This document shows positions 30,401-32,000 of a stretch of 32,000 nucleotides of DNA, in pieces. Below the pieces are notes generated by a model. The model was not told where the DNA came from. It was given only the letters and a program-made list of their open reading frames with translations, and ran no database searches. Location: NCBI GenBank assembly GCA_963677105.1, contig OY781871.1, positions 330,001 through 362,000 of the forward strand, written 5' to 3'. The stretch's first letter is position 1, and every line of letters starts with the position of its first letter. The translations under genes were made by a program, and so were the position numbers. The stretch is from Candidatus Saccharimonadota bacterium. Lineage in GTDB: Bacteria; Patescibacteriota; Gracilibacteria; UBA4473.

Positions 30401-32000
30401 ATGAATTACATTCTTAAACAATTACGAAGAATTGCACCAGCAACTATGGTATTGGTTGCTCTCGCATTCGGAATGGCACCAATGGTCGCTGAAGCGGCTG
30501 TGCCAAATTATTTTCAATACCAAGGTCGATTGTTGACTGCTCCAACAACACCAGCTGCAAATACTACGTACCAAATGCGTTTCTCTTTGTGGTCTGATGC
30601 TGATTTTGAAGCAAGCGACATTGACGGATCTGGTGACCTAGTTGCTGCACCTTGGCAAGAGGTTCAGACAATTACTACAGATTCACAAGGTTTCTTTATT
30701 GCAAACGTAGGTAGTGTTACAGCACTTCCGAACTTTGTATCTGGAACACATGAATTTATTCAAGCTGAGGTAAAAGCTGACGGTGCAGCTAATACTACTT
30801 ACTTCTTGTTGGATAACATGCAAGCAAATGCTGCTATTGATCGTAAATCAATCATCAATTCTGTATATGCTCAAAATGCAAAACAATTAGACGGAAGAGA
30901 ACTTGGATTCGGTAACGGAGACATTCCTTTCCTCGATCCTGTTACAGGAAAATTGGATCGAACTCTTATCACTGACGATAGCTGGTTAGATCCAGTTGCT
31001 GACGAGGCTGCATTGCCAGTTAGTGGAAATCAAGGTGATATCGTATATGTACAGTCTACTGACCGTATTTATACATACAATGGTACTGCTTGGATTAAAA
31101 CTGGTGGAGCTGTTGATGGTTCTATTTCTGGACTTGAAGGTCGAATGACTACTGCTGAAGCTGATATTGATGCAAACACTGCAGCAATTTCTGCTGAAAC
31201 TACTCGTGCTACTACAGCTGAAGGTGTTAATGCTACTGCAATCGCTACCGAACAAGCTCGTGCTGAAGCTGCTGAATTGGTTTTGACTAATGACTTGGCT
31301 ACAGAGCAAGCTCGTGCCGAAGCTGCTGAATTAGTGTTGACTAATGACTTAGCTACTGAAGCTGCTCGTGCTGCTGCTGCTGAATTGGTTTTAACTAATG
31401 ACTTATCTACTGAAGCTGCTCGTGCTATAGCTGCTGAATTAGTGTTGACTAATAACTTAGCTGCTGAAGCTGCTCGTGCTGCTGCTGCTGAAGCTGCTAA
31501 TGCTGGTAACATTACTACTTTGAACGCTGACGTAAATACTGCAGGTTCAGTATTGAAATCAATCAAAGATAATGGTCAAAACGCTACATTCTCTTCTACA
31601 ACAGGAATTGCTGCTACTACACTTGGTACTGCGATTGATGAGGTAAACGAAAATATTAGTGATGCAATTAATGGATTGAGCTGGAAAGCTCCAGTTGCTG
31701 ATGTTGCTGCTTTGACAACAACATACACTTCACCAGTTGTTGGTGATACTGCATACGTTACTTCTATTGGTGAAATTTACACATGGAACGGAACGTCTTG
31801 GGTAAAAACTGGTGCTGACTTCTTCCAAGATGGATCAGAAACGGCGAAAGGTATTGTTCAATTTGCTACAGATGGTGAAACATCTGCATTGAGGGCTGTG
31901 CAAGGTAATGACAGTCGATTGGCTCAAGTTGGAGTTAACACAACAAACATTACTACTAATGCTGCTAATATCGCTACTAACGTAACTGATATTTCAACAA
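30401..32000 (+). CDS. secreted tail-fibre-like surface protein, N-terminal 533 aa (continues past the right edge)
   Basis: Absent from the ORF track because there is no stop before the window end. My translation from ATG 30401 gives MNYILKQLRRIAPATMVLVALAFGMAPMVAEAAVPNYFQYQGRLL..., open through 31999. It contains Ala-rich 18-aa tandem repeats, two copies of a W..PVAD.AAL...GD..YV.S...IYT.NGT.W.KTG module, and a phage-tail-fibre-like ETAKGIVQFATDGETSALRAVQGNDSRL segment. Confidence 0.85.
   Translation, partial: MNYILKQLRRIAPATMVLVALAFGMAPMVAEAAVPNYFQYQGRLLTAPTTPAANTTYQMRFSLWSDADFEASDIDGSGDLVAAPWQEVQTITTDSQGFFIANVGSVTALPNFVSGTHEFIQAEVKADGAANTTYFLLDNMQANAAIDRKSIINSVYAQNAKQLDGRELGFGNGDIPFLDPVTGKLDRTLITDDSWLDPVADEAALPVSGNQGDIVYVQSTDRIYTYNGTAWIKTGGAVDGSISGLEGRMTTAEADIDANTAAISAETTRATTAEGVNATAIATEQARAEAAELVLTNDLATEQARAEAAELVLTNDLATEAARAAAAELVLTNDLSTEAARAIAAELVLTNNLAAEAARAAAAEAANAGNITTLNADVNTAGSVLKSIKDNGQNATFSSTTGIAATTLGTAIDEVNENISDAINGLSWKAPVADVAALTTTYTSPVVGDTAYVTSIGEIYTWNGTSWVKTGADFFQDGSETAKGIVQFATDGETSALRAVQGNDSRLAQVGVNTTNITTNAANIATNVTDIST
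31250..31492 (+). repeat. 4.5 tandem copies of a 54-bp coding repeat (EQARAEAAELVLTNDLAT unit)
   Basis: Units start at 31250, 31304, 31358, 31412 and 31466 (the last is partial). They are in frame and near-identical with synonymous and Ala/Gln/Ile substitutions. They cause the Ala-rich antisense shadow ORFs 30986..31309 and 31069..31566. Confidence 0.9.

Noticed and set aside
31250-31492. Regular repeats as a possible CRISPR array
   Set aside because: The units are directly abutting 54-bp repeats with no unique spacers. They are in frame within a long ORF and are not palindromic, so they are coding tandem repeats.
30986-31566. Minus-strand ORFs of 107 and 165 aa (Ala/Ser-rich)
   Set aside because: They are antisense of the GCT/GAA-rich tandem repeat region of the + strand fibre-like gene. 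That gene is open across the whole region and has a signal peptide and conserved modules.
1-32000. Alternative genetic code (TGA read as Gly or Trp, as in some small-genome AT-rich lineages)
   Set aside because: TGA terminates aroC, aroD, aroA::aroE, the chorismate mutase, hsdM and gene Y exactly where ATGA-coupled downstream genes begin. Protein lengths and C-termini look complete under the standard code.

Overview
AT-rich, compact bacterial window read with the standard code. TGA clearly acts as a stop, and many genes are joined by 4-nt ATGA start/stop overlaps. No rRNA or CRISPR array was seen. Four blocks: (1) 1-5550, minus strand: a shikimate/chorismate operon of AroG-type DAHP synthase, AroQ chorismate mutase, an in-frame aroA::aroE fusion, aroD, aroC and aroB (cut by the left edge). 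(2) 5600-13900, minus strand: a cell-surface/antagonism cluster. It holds a small secreted protein with an FG-GAP-like blade, then a 1603-aa Sec-signal Rhs/YD-repeat protein with an SpvB/TcB-like N-terminus and an unclassified 183-aa C-terminal domain. Five small exported or membrane-anchored ORFs follow (candidate immunity array), then an SLH-domain protein. (3) about 14000-26570: an accessory, mobile-looking block abutting the 3' end of tRNA-Gln(CUG). It holds a TM-anchored PD-(D/E)xK-like nuclease, a GIY-YIG/DUF4357 nuclease, a ParB-domain DNA methyltransferase, a terminase-small-subunit-like HTH protein and a large serine recombinase. It also holds a type I R-M operon in which three unknown genes are interleaved with hsdR, hsdM and hsdS by overlapping or near-abutting stops and starts. 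That six-gene operon is my best candidate for an undescribed system. (4) 26700-32000: secreted or surface proteins, including two paralogous-N-terminus proteins. The second is a tail-fibre-like protein with 54-bp tandem coding repeats that runs off the right edge. All functional calls rest on motifs read by eye in the translations; no database search was possible.
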